Shown here one piece after another: positions 14,099-27,350 of a stretch of DNA of 64,000 nucleotides. Every line of letters starts with the position of its first letter. Positions within the stretch are counted from its first letter, which is position 1. This stretch comes from Tubiluchus corallicola (lineage: Eukaryota > Animalia > Priapulida): contig JAQGDQ010000085.1 of the NCBI GenBank assembly GCA_030141605.1, positions 496,001 through 560,000 of the forward strand. Direction: 5' to 3'. Below the pieces are notes generated by a model. It did no database searches and had not been told where the DNA came from. It saw only the letters and a program-made list of their open reading frames with translations. The position numbers and the translations under genes were made by a program.

Positions 14099-17000
14099 AT
14101 TATTGTATTAATATCATTTATTTCCGAACACACATGTTTACAGTCACGTTACACAAGCAGTTCAATTAAAAAATATGACAACTACACTACATTAGAATAT
14201 TTATACCATCAAGAAAAACTTGCCTAGTCGTTAACAAATATGAGTAAATTAATAAAGTTTGTAATTGTACCTTAGATTTCAGCATATTTAATTTTGTACT
14301 AATTGCTTCTGCAGCCGCTAATCTTAATTGCTGTCCATTTACACTCATAATAAAACAATCAAGAGCTTCCTGGAAAATCCTGTTGGCTCCGGAAGCCGAA
14401 GTCAAATCAACGTCTCCTATTATCCTGCTGCACCACTTCAACAAATCCCTGGGAAAGAGATAAAAGGATAACAAAACACCTGCCTGAATAACTTATTTTA
14501 AATAGCTGTAAAGCACTTAAAAGATTGTGAAAAGTTGGGAAGAAAATTTTTAAGTACCTGGAAGAAATCTGTCGTCCTTCGTGAGAAATGTATTTTCCAA
14601 TATCACTATTGTCACCTTCCATATCAACATCTTGTTCATGTTTTCCGCTGGATATTAAAAAATAGATATCTAACAAACGATCACAGACTGATGTCAAACT
14701 CGGATATTTTGTTGTTACAACCTATAAAACAAACAAATAGATATTCATAAGTATTAGTTTGCATGTTCACAATGTCTTAAGCAGAGTTAGCCTTTATTGT
14801 TATTAAAATAACAGCCTGAAGTTAAAACAAATGGGCATTTATATGTGTTTATACAAGAAAAGTGCATGTTCCGCCATTACTTTATAGATAACTAATGCAC
14901 GTTTCGTACACTAAGTCTAACACTGAAAAGACTATTAAATAGGGCTGAAGCAATTCACCTAGGTCGCGACATGATATGCTTCATGATATTAACCTCACAA
15001 TATGTACATTTCGTACTATATCTGAGTTAATACTTACAGGCTCTATAAAAAAAATTAGATGAAATTGGTTTTAATAAACGTTAAATATATTTATCAATCA
15101 ATTATTTTAAGATTGCTAAATGCTAAAATGACTCAACAAACCGCGTGATTTTTATTTATTACTTGCATAGGCTGCTGTTTGCATTGTAATCCACCAGAAA
15201 AGCAAAACATCTCAATACTTTAGGTTTAAAACTTGTTTGTGCATTTTATATTTCAAGTTTGCCATTTCACAAGATCACAAGTAAACAATGTAATTAGCCT
15301 GCTACAGATTAAACACCTTGCATTTTCAACCACTTTGGTTGCTAGCAGTACCAAATCAACTACTACTCACTGCACTGATTATTACATATCTCAGTACACT
15401 CTACAGCTGCAGGATGAATTATTTCACATCGTTTTTATCAGCACACCATCAAGCGGCTGCTAATTTGCCAAATATTATTGACTCGGGTTACGTAATATGG
15501 GTGCACTTTGATGCTATGCATATCGTAATAAGATATCACGATGCATCAGTACATTCAAGCATTGTTACAAACCTACTATTAATGCCACTGAAAAATATGA
15601 TAATCCACAGATTATAGTACTAACCATTTGCAGTTCAGATCGTGACATTGGCTCTACATTAATCTTTGACCATAACTTGTCTAGAAGAGCAGAATTATTG
15701 TTCTGCTGCGTAAAAAGTCCAGTGGAACTGCCAAAAAGTCTGTGTATCAAAGAAAAAAAAAGCAAGTCTAGAAAATCTAGAGAATAACCAATCTAAATCT
15801 TTACAACCTCCTTAAATGTAATACACACTTAAAAAATAAATGCTGAACAATTACTAATGAAAATGAATACAACTAATATAAAATTTCTAACGTGCATAAA
15901 ATTGGAAATTTAATTAAAGAAATTCAATTAATAGAAAGAAAACATGCTTATTTACTTAAAACGTAAGAATTGTAACCTGTAATCAGAATGCTAAAACAAC
16001 AAAATGCAAGGTAATTACCTTTGAGTAGCAAATAGGTGAAATCCAGGTGCAGCATGGATTTTGTCACCATGCCCTGGAATTGACAAGTACCCACTTTCAA
16101 GCAATGGTAGAAGAACAGATATTACATCCTTGGGAGCATAGTCAATATCTTCCAACAGAATCCAATAACCCTTCACTACAGCTTGCGTCAGACTACCTGG
16201 CTGCCACACAAATTCACCAGGTACTTCGGTGCAGTGGTAAGTCCCTAGCAAGGCCTAAAAATGACAGAATGCATTTTGTTCAAAACAAAGTACTTAGTAC
16301 ACATAGGTCTACTTAATAATTAAAAGTTACAAATACTTACAAAAAAAGAAAAACATGAGTTATTCAAATTATATAACAAAGCAGAGAACCACACGACAAT
16401 GGGAAAAATTGGACTATCAAAAATAAGCTTAAGTCAGCTACAATATCCCAGAATGCAGCATGCAACATAAACCGGACAAAATAGCACTGACAATCTGTCT
16501 GCAAGCATGCCTGCTAGCCTAGTACACGTACGACAACCGCAATGTCCACACGTGCACTCAACATTCAACAAATTCGACTACACCCAACTGTTCACAAGAA
16601 TGAGAACAAAAATAATGCAAATAACTACAAGACATCTCCTTTTGGGATGCAAAACACAAAGTTATTGTCTTGCAGACAATTCAGTGTTATCTCCACTTTA
16701 CATCTGTCTAATAAGAGACATGAAAGAGTTCATGTCGACTGACTTTGAAAACATGAATTCAATGAGAATTTTCACACTTTTCTGACACAAGAACTCGTGT
16801 AAATGCAACATGTCATACAAGAACATTTTGCATCATTTCAGAGTTTTACATAATCATTGTTAAAATATTTGTTTGACAATAAATGTCTATCAACATAAGA
16901 TCAAAATAAAAAAGATCACTTTTCCTAATTCTGACTACATCTTTATTAACGAGTGGAACAAAACCATGAAAAATACCAAAGAAAAACTTGCCTTTGCATC

Positions 17001-20000
17001 CATCTGATCACCCAGCTGTATCTTTAACAGGTGTGGACATTCGCTACGTCCAGTCAGCAGTGCCAATTCTTCAACTAAGGCAGTTTTCCCACATCCAACA
17101 GGTCCTTGAAGAAGGGCAGGACTGCCAGAGGCCACAGCCAAAGCAAGCAAACGTAGATTATCTTGTGAAGATCGCACAGGCACCAACATCCCAACCTATA
17201 TAGTGATGTACGAGATGAAGATGTTTCAGATATGCATCTGTTTGTATGTGAAATTGTTTGATGTGTATGTAGGGCTTGCAAGCTCATATTTATACCTAGT
17301 TTTCTTTACTACAATTTTAGCAGTGTCTGAACATTCTAACAGCTCAACTTTCCAATTTAGCACCGCATTTAAAAAAATTGCAGCAACCATTATCTTACCA
17401 ACTATTATTACTATCTAGAAAGGACTCAACAATGCCTGCTCTTCTTTTCTCCCCACAACAAATTTAACTTCCTAATAATATTATAAATTATACCACATTA
17501 AAAGAGAACCGGACACTGTAGGTCAAAACCATCTATTCTTTAAAATGTCTAACAGACTATTTTTTTCAAGAATGACTTATCTGAAACATTTATTACCACG
17601 CAAACGCAATTTCTTTTCGTGCCACTGGTTCTTCGCTGTTACATGCATTTTGCCATTCACTAGTTAGATGGGTACTAGCGCCTGCATTTCGGAAACGCAT
17701 TGCACAAAAAACGGTGCTGTACCTCTCAGTTCAGAGGTTTTTGCTTGTGACGTATTGCACACATTTGACGGCTGATGCATTAACACAGCCGCGAATTTGA
17801 AATTTAAATTTTTATTTATCTTAAAACTTACTGAGTTTTAGTACAACACACTGAATCTCTTACAGTAGCATTGTACTTCAATCTTCGTTTTCGCATGTGC
17901 AACACACTAACGGAATGTTTTTGCGGTCGAAAATTATGTTTGTGATGCATCAGTAGTTAGGCTCCCACGCCGTTAATTAAGATTTCAACCTATTATTTAA
18001 TCATCGGAACTACTTTTGCCAATATTATTTGTGTTAAAATGTATATTTTTTGCCATACTTGGAAGTGGGATAGGATATGAAAAATCATCTCTGCCTTTAA
18101 AATGAGTAGTAACAGGTATATTTCAGATATATTTAATATATATCAAATATATGTCATACCTTTCTGATAAAATGTACAATTTGTTGTGAAATAAATGATT
18201 AGGGATGCACCAAAATTCGGAAACAGCCGGAGTTCCGTTACCGACCCTAAACAAATTTTAAGTTCATCTCGTTTCGTTAGTAGAAAAAATTTTGGTGAAG
18301 TTTTGTTTCCACGAAAACTTTTCTAAGAAATTTGGCCAAAATTTTGCAAAATTCGGTTTCGATTCGGTTTGTTTACATAAATTCGGTTGCGAACAGTGGA
18401 AAGTTAGTTTTTATAATTTGTCAATATTTTGCCAGACGAATGCCGTCACTAAGCAATACAGCTAAACCTGGGAAAACCAAACGATAATTTTTCAACAAAA
18501 CTGTTTGTGCATGGTAGGCTGGTAGCTTGAACTAGCTTCGTAAAATTTTACCATTTGAGGTGATGTGTGTGGATGCTGTTGAAGTCATTCACTTGTCGTC
18601 GTCTTCATTTCTACGACGTATGTAACACATGGTTTCTTGTTAATTAATTTAGCAGAAGAAATCGTGATTTTTGCGTAAATTTAAAATTATTGTCAACATT
18701 GTTTAGTGAATTTAGTGTAACTATCAAGCGCAGGTAAATGATGCGTATCAAATACAAGCATATGAGATTTTCTATTCATTAGGTTTTTAACACAGCAGAT
18801 TGAAGTTTAGTGTAAAATATTTGAGACCCTGATACAATAGGTAAAATGTTGGCTGCATGGTTACTGATTAAGCTATAATTGCTATACTGTTTTATCTGTC
18901 AATGAAAACTGATTTTAGTACTGGTTACCTAGTGTTTGGGTTATCAAGATGAAATATGTAAACATATCAAGGGGGTTACATAATACGAAAATCTTACCTC
19001 TCCAAGTGTGAAAAGAAACCCCTTCTGAAAAACTTGCTGAGGCTACTTGTAACGATTGAAATTTGTTACTATAAGTTAATAATTCGGTTTCGGTAAAAAA
19101 AAATTTGCAAAAATTCTGTTCAATTCGGTTTCTGTAAAAAATGTGCAATTCGGCTCAATTCGACTGTGGCAAAATAAAATTGTAAAAATTTGGTTCGGCT
19201 GAAGAAAAAGTGTAAAAAATTCGGTACTGGTTTGGTTTGGTTAACTCGGGTTTCGGTCTATCCCTAATCACAATGTGATTTTGTTATGTGCAAACCAACG
19301 TCTTTTACAAAATTTCGTACCTCAAACACCTTGTTTGCAGACTGCAGCAATATTCCACATATAGACACAACATCATCAACAAAGTCTGATTTGGTAAGAG
19401 ATCCCATTGTGTATCTCCTGCTGTCATTTTCAAAGTGGCAAACATCAGGTTGTCGGAGTACATGAACACTGTTCTGGAATCTTTCTAAACTGACATCATT
19501 TCTGAATTTAAATAAGAAACGACCAAACTCATAAATTTAATGGTTCTTGAAAGAAAAAACCAACTAAAAAAGGGAGCAAGTAACGACTTAACAACAGTCA
19601 TCAGCAAAGCTTTTATAATTTTGTTTCACTGCTACGGACATGAATAATGTTAACACGACTTTAGAATTTGTCATACTGACCTGACATGTAAACTGTTGAC
19701 TTCTGCCTTGGAGAAAAAACGTTTTTCAAACTGCCGCAGCTGTGAATCAGACATATTGGCTAACATGCCAATTATCTGTACAGCAAACCTGTGATAAAAA
19801 TAAAAATTAAAAATGTAAAAATTGTACAGCTGAGCCAATTAGAGAGATGTATGCTCTATATTTAAGAGTGCAAGGGCTATTTGATTTAGAGCCTGAACTT
19901 TGTGGTAAATTCAAATCAGCAATTTTGAAAATTTACGATTAACTTGCTGGCTTGCTATTTGTTGCTAACAACATTTATTTTTTTCTAATTCTGTGCCAGT

Positions 20001-21388
20001 TTTGTAATGTCCTTGATGGACTATAATGTTATTATTGTCAATAAAATACCACTGTTACTATAGTCAGAGTTAGGAAATAACATAAAAAGATTTTAGGGAT
20101 TCAAAGGGTGGGAAAAAAATCTAAGAATGAAGAAAATTGTTTCAAGCTTTTGAATTACTTCTTGAATTTAAATTGAATTTGCTGCTAGACTTACCATGAG
20201 CATACAAGTTTACAATGATAATTTACACAGAAAGCATTAAATTAACACAAAAAACATTAATGTATATTTTTATTGAGGCTACTAGTATGTCTCCTGACAG
20301 CACCAGGAAGAAAATCTTGTGTTGGCATTGCCCAGATTAATGGTAAATTTGAAATTTGAGAAACAAAAACAGAAATGCATTAAATGCTCCTCTCTCTCTC
20401 TCTCTCCCTCCCTCTCTCTCTCTCTCTCATGTCTGTCAGGTGGGGACATAGTCAGTCTACAACTTTTAATATTGGAAATGGAGTACGCCAAGGTGGCAAG
20501 ATGTCACCATTTCTTTTTAATTTTTATTTTAAAGATCTAAGTGTTAAGCTTTCATCCACCCAACTTGGTTGCAATGTGTCGAACATGGTTATGAACCACC
20601 TGATGTACGCTGACGATGTTTGTTTGTTAGCAACAACGATTACGGCCCTACAGCAACTACTAGACGTGTATAAATTGTATGCTGAACAGTATGACATAAA
20701 AATTAATGTAGCTAAAACCAAAATTATGTCTGTTAATTCAAACATTATGAGAAATTTTATGTTTGGTAACATCAAACTAGATAATAATGTTTTACGTACC
20801 TGTGATAATGAAAAATATTTGGGACATATTATTTCAAATGATAACCGAGATGACCTTGACATTATTAATCAAAGATCCCTATACTACTGTCGTACAAACC
20901 AACTTATTAGAAAATTCAGCTATTGTTCTGTTGATGTTAAAAGATATCTATTTAATGCTTACTGTAATACATTCTATTGCATGTCTACTTGGAGACATTT
21001 TAATAATGGTAATATCTTAAAACTTAAAATTGTGCACAATGTGTCAAAAAGATTATTTTTCGGATATGCATATGATTACAGTGCTCATGAGATGAGTGTT
21101 GAAATTCACGTGATGTATTTTGATGTATTACGTAGAAAATCTGTGTTAAGTTTAATGAAAAGATTTGATACTAGTGATAATTTAATGTGCCAGAAAATTT
21201 TAGCAAGCGATGCCAAATTTACATCGCACATAAGACAGCAATGGTGGAGACTAATATTGTAATTTTCATGTTTAACTAAGTTTGTGTGTGATTTGTTTGT
21301 AGTGGTTTTTTGTTTTTATGATGTTGTATGTTGTATATATGTAATTTATATTATGAACTTATGTTTGAAATAAAGAATTAAATCAAAT

Positions 21389-21424
<36 letters not shown>

Positions 21425-24400
21425 TCTAATTTGCAAATCCTAACTAAGTAACTAACAACTACAAACTCAAATGAATAGAAAAAACTAAACTAATTGTATT
21501 ACAAAAATTGTCTCGATTTTACAAAAAAGAACCTTTACTAAACAGAAACAGGTAATCACTGGCTTGAAAAACATTCAGTCAAATCAGCCTGTGTGATTAT
21601 TCTTGGCGTAATGACACATTTCTGTGCAACGAGGTTCGAATAACGATGACACTTGTTATTCATTCTAAATAACAAGCTAAGTCACAGTACAACCATTTCT
21701 TAGCAATCCCGGATTTTCTAAATCAGATCACTTACCACCTAACTTCAGTCTTCTCAGAGTTAAGGAAGGATAAAAATGATTTGAAAGTCAATAGTTCTCC
21801 AAATGAAGGTAGTTCCATTAACAATCTATAAAAAGCGTGCAGTAGATGCAAACTGCATGATTTGGATTCCCCTACCTGTAAAAAAAGGGCACCTGGATCT
21901 TAGTTTACAAAATAATCACATACATAACCTTGTTTTTGCGTTTCAAACTACTTTCAAACGAATTAACATTTGACAGTAAACAGAGAAAACAGTAGCTATC
22001 ACACAAAGGAGCAAGCCACAATAATCCATAATCCGTAAGTCATAAGGTGTCTTCCATCTTCCATAAGGTGCATATCATAATCTGCAGTATGCTGCTTACT
22101 CGGTGTAAATAGTAAGGCATTTTGCCATGTGCACATATCTAATTGCAGTATTAATGAAAAGCTGCATTTCAAAATTGCTTTTTAATGTTTATGAGACCAT
22201 TCTGTTATAAATTCTTATGACATAAATGAAATGTAAACTGCAAAAATCACAAACATACTAATTACCGCATTAGCGATGGCCCAAAACACCTTATGGCAAA
22301 TGAAATCAAAGGCCAAATTCATGTCGCAATAAGGCGCCTTGTGAACCACTTAAGACAGCTTGTGAGAAGTCTACGACGGATTACGTCTGACGGCTTACAG
22401 TAGGGAAACTGCGGTAGGCGGAAGATGGCAAATGGATTACCTGTGTGACAGGGGCCATTGGTAGGCATAGTTCATTTTTCATGAGGCGGCTTTTTCTTCT
22501 CACGGCTTAAACCTTACAGGTTATGTCCAAAGCCACATAAAAGAGTCAACATTCGGTAACTACTTTTGATAAAACAATATTCCAACTAATAATACTGAGC
22601 AACAATGATACGTCATGGCATTCATCCAGCACATTTCACTCTGGAAGCTGAGCTTTCTGCCTATACCAGTCACATTCTAGACAGTCTAAATCTGATACTT
22701 TAGACAACAGTAGGAAATTAGCTGTCTACCTATGAAAGAATACTTTCATATCAGTGTCAATTTAAGTTGTCCTCCCAACAATAAAAACAACATCAAAAAA
22801 TTTAGAATCAATAGATGAAAGAGCAGTAAGAGAAAGCGATAATGTATATAAGTTTAACATAGCATAAAACTATCAAAAGGACGGCAGTAACAAAACATCT
22901 TCTTTGTCATTATTTCTTTTAGCCATTGGATATACAAAAAAAAGTCAGCCATGACATAAAACACAGACACTGAATTGTTAGAACTGCATGTATACATATT
23001 AAAAACCTTTTAGAATAAATTTTTATTGAAAACTCATAAAAAGTTTTTAACTATGCACTTTTGTTGCAATATGTGGTACTCGAAGCAGGTATTTTGCATA
23101 AGATTCTCTTTCGAATTTGTACGATGCGATATTTCACAAATACAGAACTTTAATGTAAAAGCAAACAAAGTCGAAGGAAACTGAGAGCTAGCATTCAATT
23201 AATTGGGTGCAGTCCTTCCATAAAGTTTAATTTTTGAACTATAAAGTAACTCGTTTGAATATATACAAAAATTACGTACCATTTCCTCAAGAAAGTTCAA
23301 AGTAAAGTAGCATTCAGCTAACTATATAATTTATTATAATTTATAATATATGTTTAATTGCAGTCATACCTTATTTTGCCCTCCTTCAAAATATAACTGA
23401 TAACTGTCTTGGCTCAAGGCTAGTTTGTTGAAGTAATCCATGACGATTCTGAAATTAACAAATTAATAATAACAAGATTAAAAAAAGTATAACACAGCTT
23501 AGTTACCTAATCACAGCTCAACAATAACAACATTAAAAAGGCATTATAACATTGAAGCTTAGACAAAACAGTTTAATTAAGTAATCCATACACAGCAATA
23601 ATATTTAAAGAAAGCAAAAAAAGTAACGATACTTGAGCATTATACCCAAGAGCAAATATAGGCATACAAGCACAAACATTGGCACTTCATGATGGAATAA
23701 ACCTACAATTGTTGAATTTTGAAACGAAACTTGCTCAAAAGAAAGGAGATGAGGAATAATCAGGGCACGGTCTAGATTTGAACCAGGGACCTCTCGCTTA
23801 CATATTGTCCAAATCCAGGCTGTGTCCTGGCTTTTTGCAATTCGTTTCTTTTGAGCAAGTTTGTTACAAAATTCAACTATTGTGAGTTTATTCTATCATT
23901 GGTAATAATTTTGAAATTAAGGTGCTGTATAAATAACTAGCTTGCCATGATCCTTTTCTGCCTCAAACCTGTAGAGATTTTGGAGCTGACTGTCTAGCAC
24001 TGGGCTTACTCCCCAATGAACTGGGCCAACCTCAGCAGTGCAAGCAATAAGGTCCTTCTGAGGAGACAAACAAGTTTTATCATTCTTTCCAAATTCACTA
24101 AAAACTGAAGCACAAGAATGAGTTCAGTGATTTTCTTACTAGCCAAGCACTCTTTTTCATCTGCCTTACTAAATATCAGTGGCCACATTCTGAGGTAGAA
24201 CTTTTACTAAATTTGAATTCTTTTCTATAATATTAAGTTACTATTTGGTCCACAAGCTTCTTCAGTGGTTATATCCACATCGATTCTAGCAAATGCTTCG
24301 CTCTCCCTTTCTTGTCGGGTCACTCTGGAGGTATTCTGGAAGCTTCAAAGAAGCAAACTCACTTTCTGTTTAATCTGAACATTTCCACTTTCCTCCATCA

Positions 24401-27000
24401 TATTAAACTGAAGTTAATTGTGGAAGTGAGAATCTCTTCTCCAAAACATGTATGACATCACGCAGGTATTTAAAGTCAGTGACACACCCAATCTGGTGGT
24501 GACTGCAGAACATCTCATCTTTGTTGTTTATGTTTGTAAATACACTATGCTTACTGTACGTTATCAATAATGTGTTATACTGTTATCTATATTGGTTTCC
24601 ACAGCTAGGAACTTCCTCACATCATAACATTGTAAAGATAAAGACATTCACTACCATGAATTTAAAGGCCTATACAACCCCAACTGACACTGAAGTTTTT
24701 TAAAGCATTATTATGATTATACAAAGAATTCATAGTTATTTTTACACAAAAGAAACTTAGAAATTAAATAACTTTTTCTGGCCATGTTTCACATCTTTGG
24801 TGCAAGTGAGCGAGAATGGCGTACGTAATCCAGGAAGCGTCTTTGGTTACCGATGTTCGTTTACAGATCATTGCTGACCTGTGACTGTATTCATAAAGAC
24901 TTAATGATATCGTCTCGCATAACGAAAAATGGCGGTTCTTCAAATTTAATACTGGTAACAGCAAAGTGATAAAAAATAAAAAAAAACAAATTTTACAGTA
25001 AGTTTATGATAAAATAAATTGAATATTCGTAACAAGTGTAGGATTTTAGGTTATAAAAGTTTATATTATAGTGAGGGTTTAGTTTGACTTTAAGAGTGGA
25101 GGCACATGTTAGCAATTAGCAACAATTATACAGATGAAGACCCAATATATAAGCAACGAATAGCATGTAAGTTATATGTTGTACCAGCCACAAGTGTTAT
25201 GAGTTGGAATTGGTTACACAAAACATGGTGAATAAACAGAGATGCATTTGCGACATTACTTCATTTTTATTGCCAGTAAACACAAATTAACAAAAACAAA
25301 ACATCATGGCTGTCATCCTGAGCAGCCGACATTACTTCCACCTCTATAACAACTAACTAACTAGGTCAAAAGCAAGTACAGAACACAGGTGAGAAGCCAA
25401 CCTGGCGCTTAAATTAAAATCGGCAGGCGGGTCATAACACAAGACAAGAACCGAAGACTGTAATGTCCTAAGATACTAAATCAGTTAGCATAAATACAGC
25501 CTATAATGTTAGCAACTTGGCCGACTAGGAAAAATATATTCCAAATGATAAAAACTTCATATAAACATTTATATCCGACTGGACCGATTATAAATGTACC
25601 CTTTTTTATAAACAACTGAAATTTTCACAATAAATTTTCAAAATAAACAGAATTCACGTTTTTGCATCAAAAACATACATTTTCCCCAGTATTGTATTAA
25701 GTTTAGTATCACTTACGTTCTGCACTCAGGAATTCTTACAGCCACAGATGCCATGACTGCGCACAAACTGCTCCAATTTTCTGAGTATGATTTGTTTTCC
25801 ACCGATTGTCTTGCTCTAATTAAAATATCGGGTATCATTGCATAAAAATGAGTTATAATGATGTCGGTGCAAGAAGGAAGAAGCAGCAACTTTGCAAGGA
25901 TGTTCAAGATTTCCTGTCGATCTGACGGAGACCATATCTAGAAAAAGAATAATAGAATAGCTTTCTTACTAAAATAGCCTCGTGTCTGAACAACAAAAAT
26001 TATTTTACACATAGTATGCATGTGACCATGTGTTCATGTGCACGCGCAAGACAGTGGTTCATATGTGCATGTCTATGACACATCCTTGAACCTCTATCAT
26101 TTTTACATGAAATGAAAGCTTGTGATGACTGCATACTAAGTAAGCTTCATTTCTCAAATAAAAGTAATCAAATCAAATTTTCTTTGTCCTATAATCACAA
26201 CTAGTCAGTCAAGAAAACTCTGATGCCTTAAAAGTATAATTTTCAAAACTTCCACAAAAGGGAAAAACATATGAGAATAAATTATTTATGATAGCATACT
26301 GTACAAGCTAAAAAAACTGTTTGAATGCAACATTAAGTTTTAAATCTTCTAGAGAATCTAGATAGAAGTTGTTAACATTTTCCCATTTGCATTGGAGATC
26401 CCAAACACACAATGTGATGCCCTAAGAATGTGGCGCCCAGGTAACCCAAGTTGACAGTAAATCTTATTAATATTAATGACCTTTAGTATCTAATTAACAA
26501 TGTTAATTAAGAAAACATTATAAATAAATTTATAAATAACTATGCAGCACTAGTATTGTCATATTAGAATCATTTAATACTTTTGATTTATTAATAAATA
26601 TTATTTCTGACAGTTAAAAATACAATAATGGCAGCTAAACGTCACCCAGATAGAAATCAGTTTGGGGATTTGACATTACTCAAAACGGAAGCAAGATTTT
26701 GCGATAATACTATATAGTGTAGACACCGCAAACTGGTACAAAGCAAATTTTTTGCCGGCAATAAAAACGATATACTCAAAATGTGACTAATATTATAATG
26801 AAGGTGTGCACTCAAAGAGTGTAGACGGCAGAGCCTGGCACTACCAGCGATGTGGTGTTAGCTTATAAAAACTAGAACTTACGTAGGCTACTAATGTACT
26901 ATACCTGTTTTGTAAAAAACTTGCTCAAAATAACAGCGGACGTAGCCTTTTTGTAAACAAGCTGCAGCTGCTGTTCGATAGAGAACTGTTCTGCGTGCAT
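725..27000 (-). CDS. MDN1: Midasin (Rea1) AAA-ATPase, 5' portion; 27 coding exons, gene continues beyond left edge
   Basis: Exons (minus): 27000-26905, 25937-25717, 23448-23370, 21875-21736, 19788-19681, 19501-19321, 17195-16992, 16254-16019, 15739-15625, 14721-14558, 14448-14271, 13969-13857, 13551-13224, 12753-12547, 11653-11517, 11098-10994, 10770-10585, 9753-9678, 9333-9132, 8268-8128, 7509-7408, 6198-5998, 4956-4802, 3303-3159, 2560-2281, 1997-1865, 994-725. Phases are all consistent (4503 nt). N-terminus MHAEQFSIE...SKFFTKQ|IWSPSDRQ resembles the midasin N-terminus. Walker A motifs GPVGCGKT, GETGTGKT, GETSVGKT, GDTGCGKT; Walker B motifs LLEDID, LLDEIN, ILDELN, LMDEIS; also ATQNPPGLYGGRK and TMNPGGDFGKKE. 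Confidence 0.97.
5020..5521 (+). mobile_element. Kolobok-like non-autonomous element (copy 1)
   Basis: Starts TTAA|AGGAAAACAGAGTGATT; internal similarity to the reverse complement of 17620-18100. Confidence 0.55.
8318..8803. mobile_element. hAT-type MITE, same family as 62274-62664
   Basis: Colinear with the 62.3-kb copy (ATTCAAACCTAAAAT, AATTTAGCTGC, TGAAATT, AAAGTCAAA); TSD ATGAGCAC/ATGAGTGC. Confidence 0.8.
9841..10233. mobile_element. PIF/Harbinger-like MITE
   Basis: Imperfect TIRs AAGCCAAGTCTAGGTCGACTTG / CAAGATCGACCTCAGCTGGCCT with TTA/TAA flanks; internal GCAACT/AGTTGC repeats. Confidence 0.5.
14041..14092. repeat. (AT)n microsatellite
   Basis: About 26 AT units. Confidence 0.95.
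14940..15575. mobile_element. hAT-type MITE
   Basis: Termini TAGGGCTG... / ...ACAAACCTA; 8-bp TSD CTATTAAA/CTATTAAT. Confidence 0.7.
17502..18096 (-). mobile_element. Kolobok-like non-autonomous element (copy 2)
   Basis: TTAA at both ends with purine-rich termini; inverted homolog of 5020-5521 (shared CCTCTGAACTGAGAGGTACAGCA). Confidence 0.6.
18200..19266. mobile_element. hAT-like non-autonomous element
   Basis: TIR TAGGGATGCACCAAAA / TTTCGGTCTATCCCTA; arrays of TTCGG subterminal motifs at both ends; TSD not clear. Confidence 0.7.
20429..21394 (+). mobile_element. 5'-truncated non-LTR retrotransposon (RTE-X-like RT C-terminal part) in MDN1 intron
   Basis: Open frame to 21262 with GVRQGGKMSPFLFN, HLMYADDVCLL, KYLGHIIS, NQLIRKFSYCSVDVKRYLFNAYC; 3' AATAAA plus (AAATC)3 tail; (TC)n on both sides. 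Clade assignment tentative. Confidence 0.9.
23689..23899. mobile_element. Palindromic element with tRNA-like arms (internally deleted copy)
   Basis: About 55-bp near-perfect terminal inverted repeat ATGATGGAATAAACCTACAATTGTTGAATTTTG...; inverted B-box-like GGTTCAAATC / GTCCAAATCC inside. Confidence 0.75.
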
Positions 27001-27350
27001 GATTAAAAACTAATTAAGAAACTCCTACTGCAGGCAATTACAATTTACACGAGAAAATACTTAAACACGTTTGCCTGCATCACCACATGCAGAAAACCAT
27101 GCGGCTCAAGTGTAAAACGACAATCTTGACTTATAAACCTTTTAGTTGCCACTACGGACCTTCTCGACGACTTAGCACTTTTACAGCTGTAGAGTTGTGC
27201 AGTGTGCAGTGTTCGTAATACTTATAGTGCAGGGTTGATTATAATGATGCCAACATTATTATTAATTTTACTGTAACACTCAGACATCTAATAATAAAGA
27301 ATAAGAATGAGAATCATTCTATTTTGCGCACATGGACAGTATTGATATTA

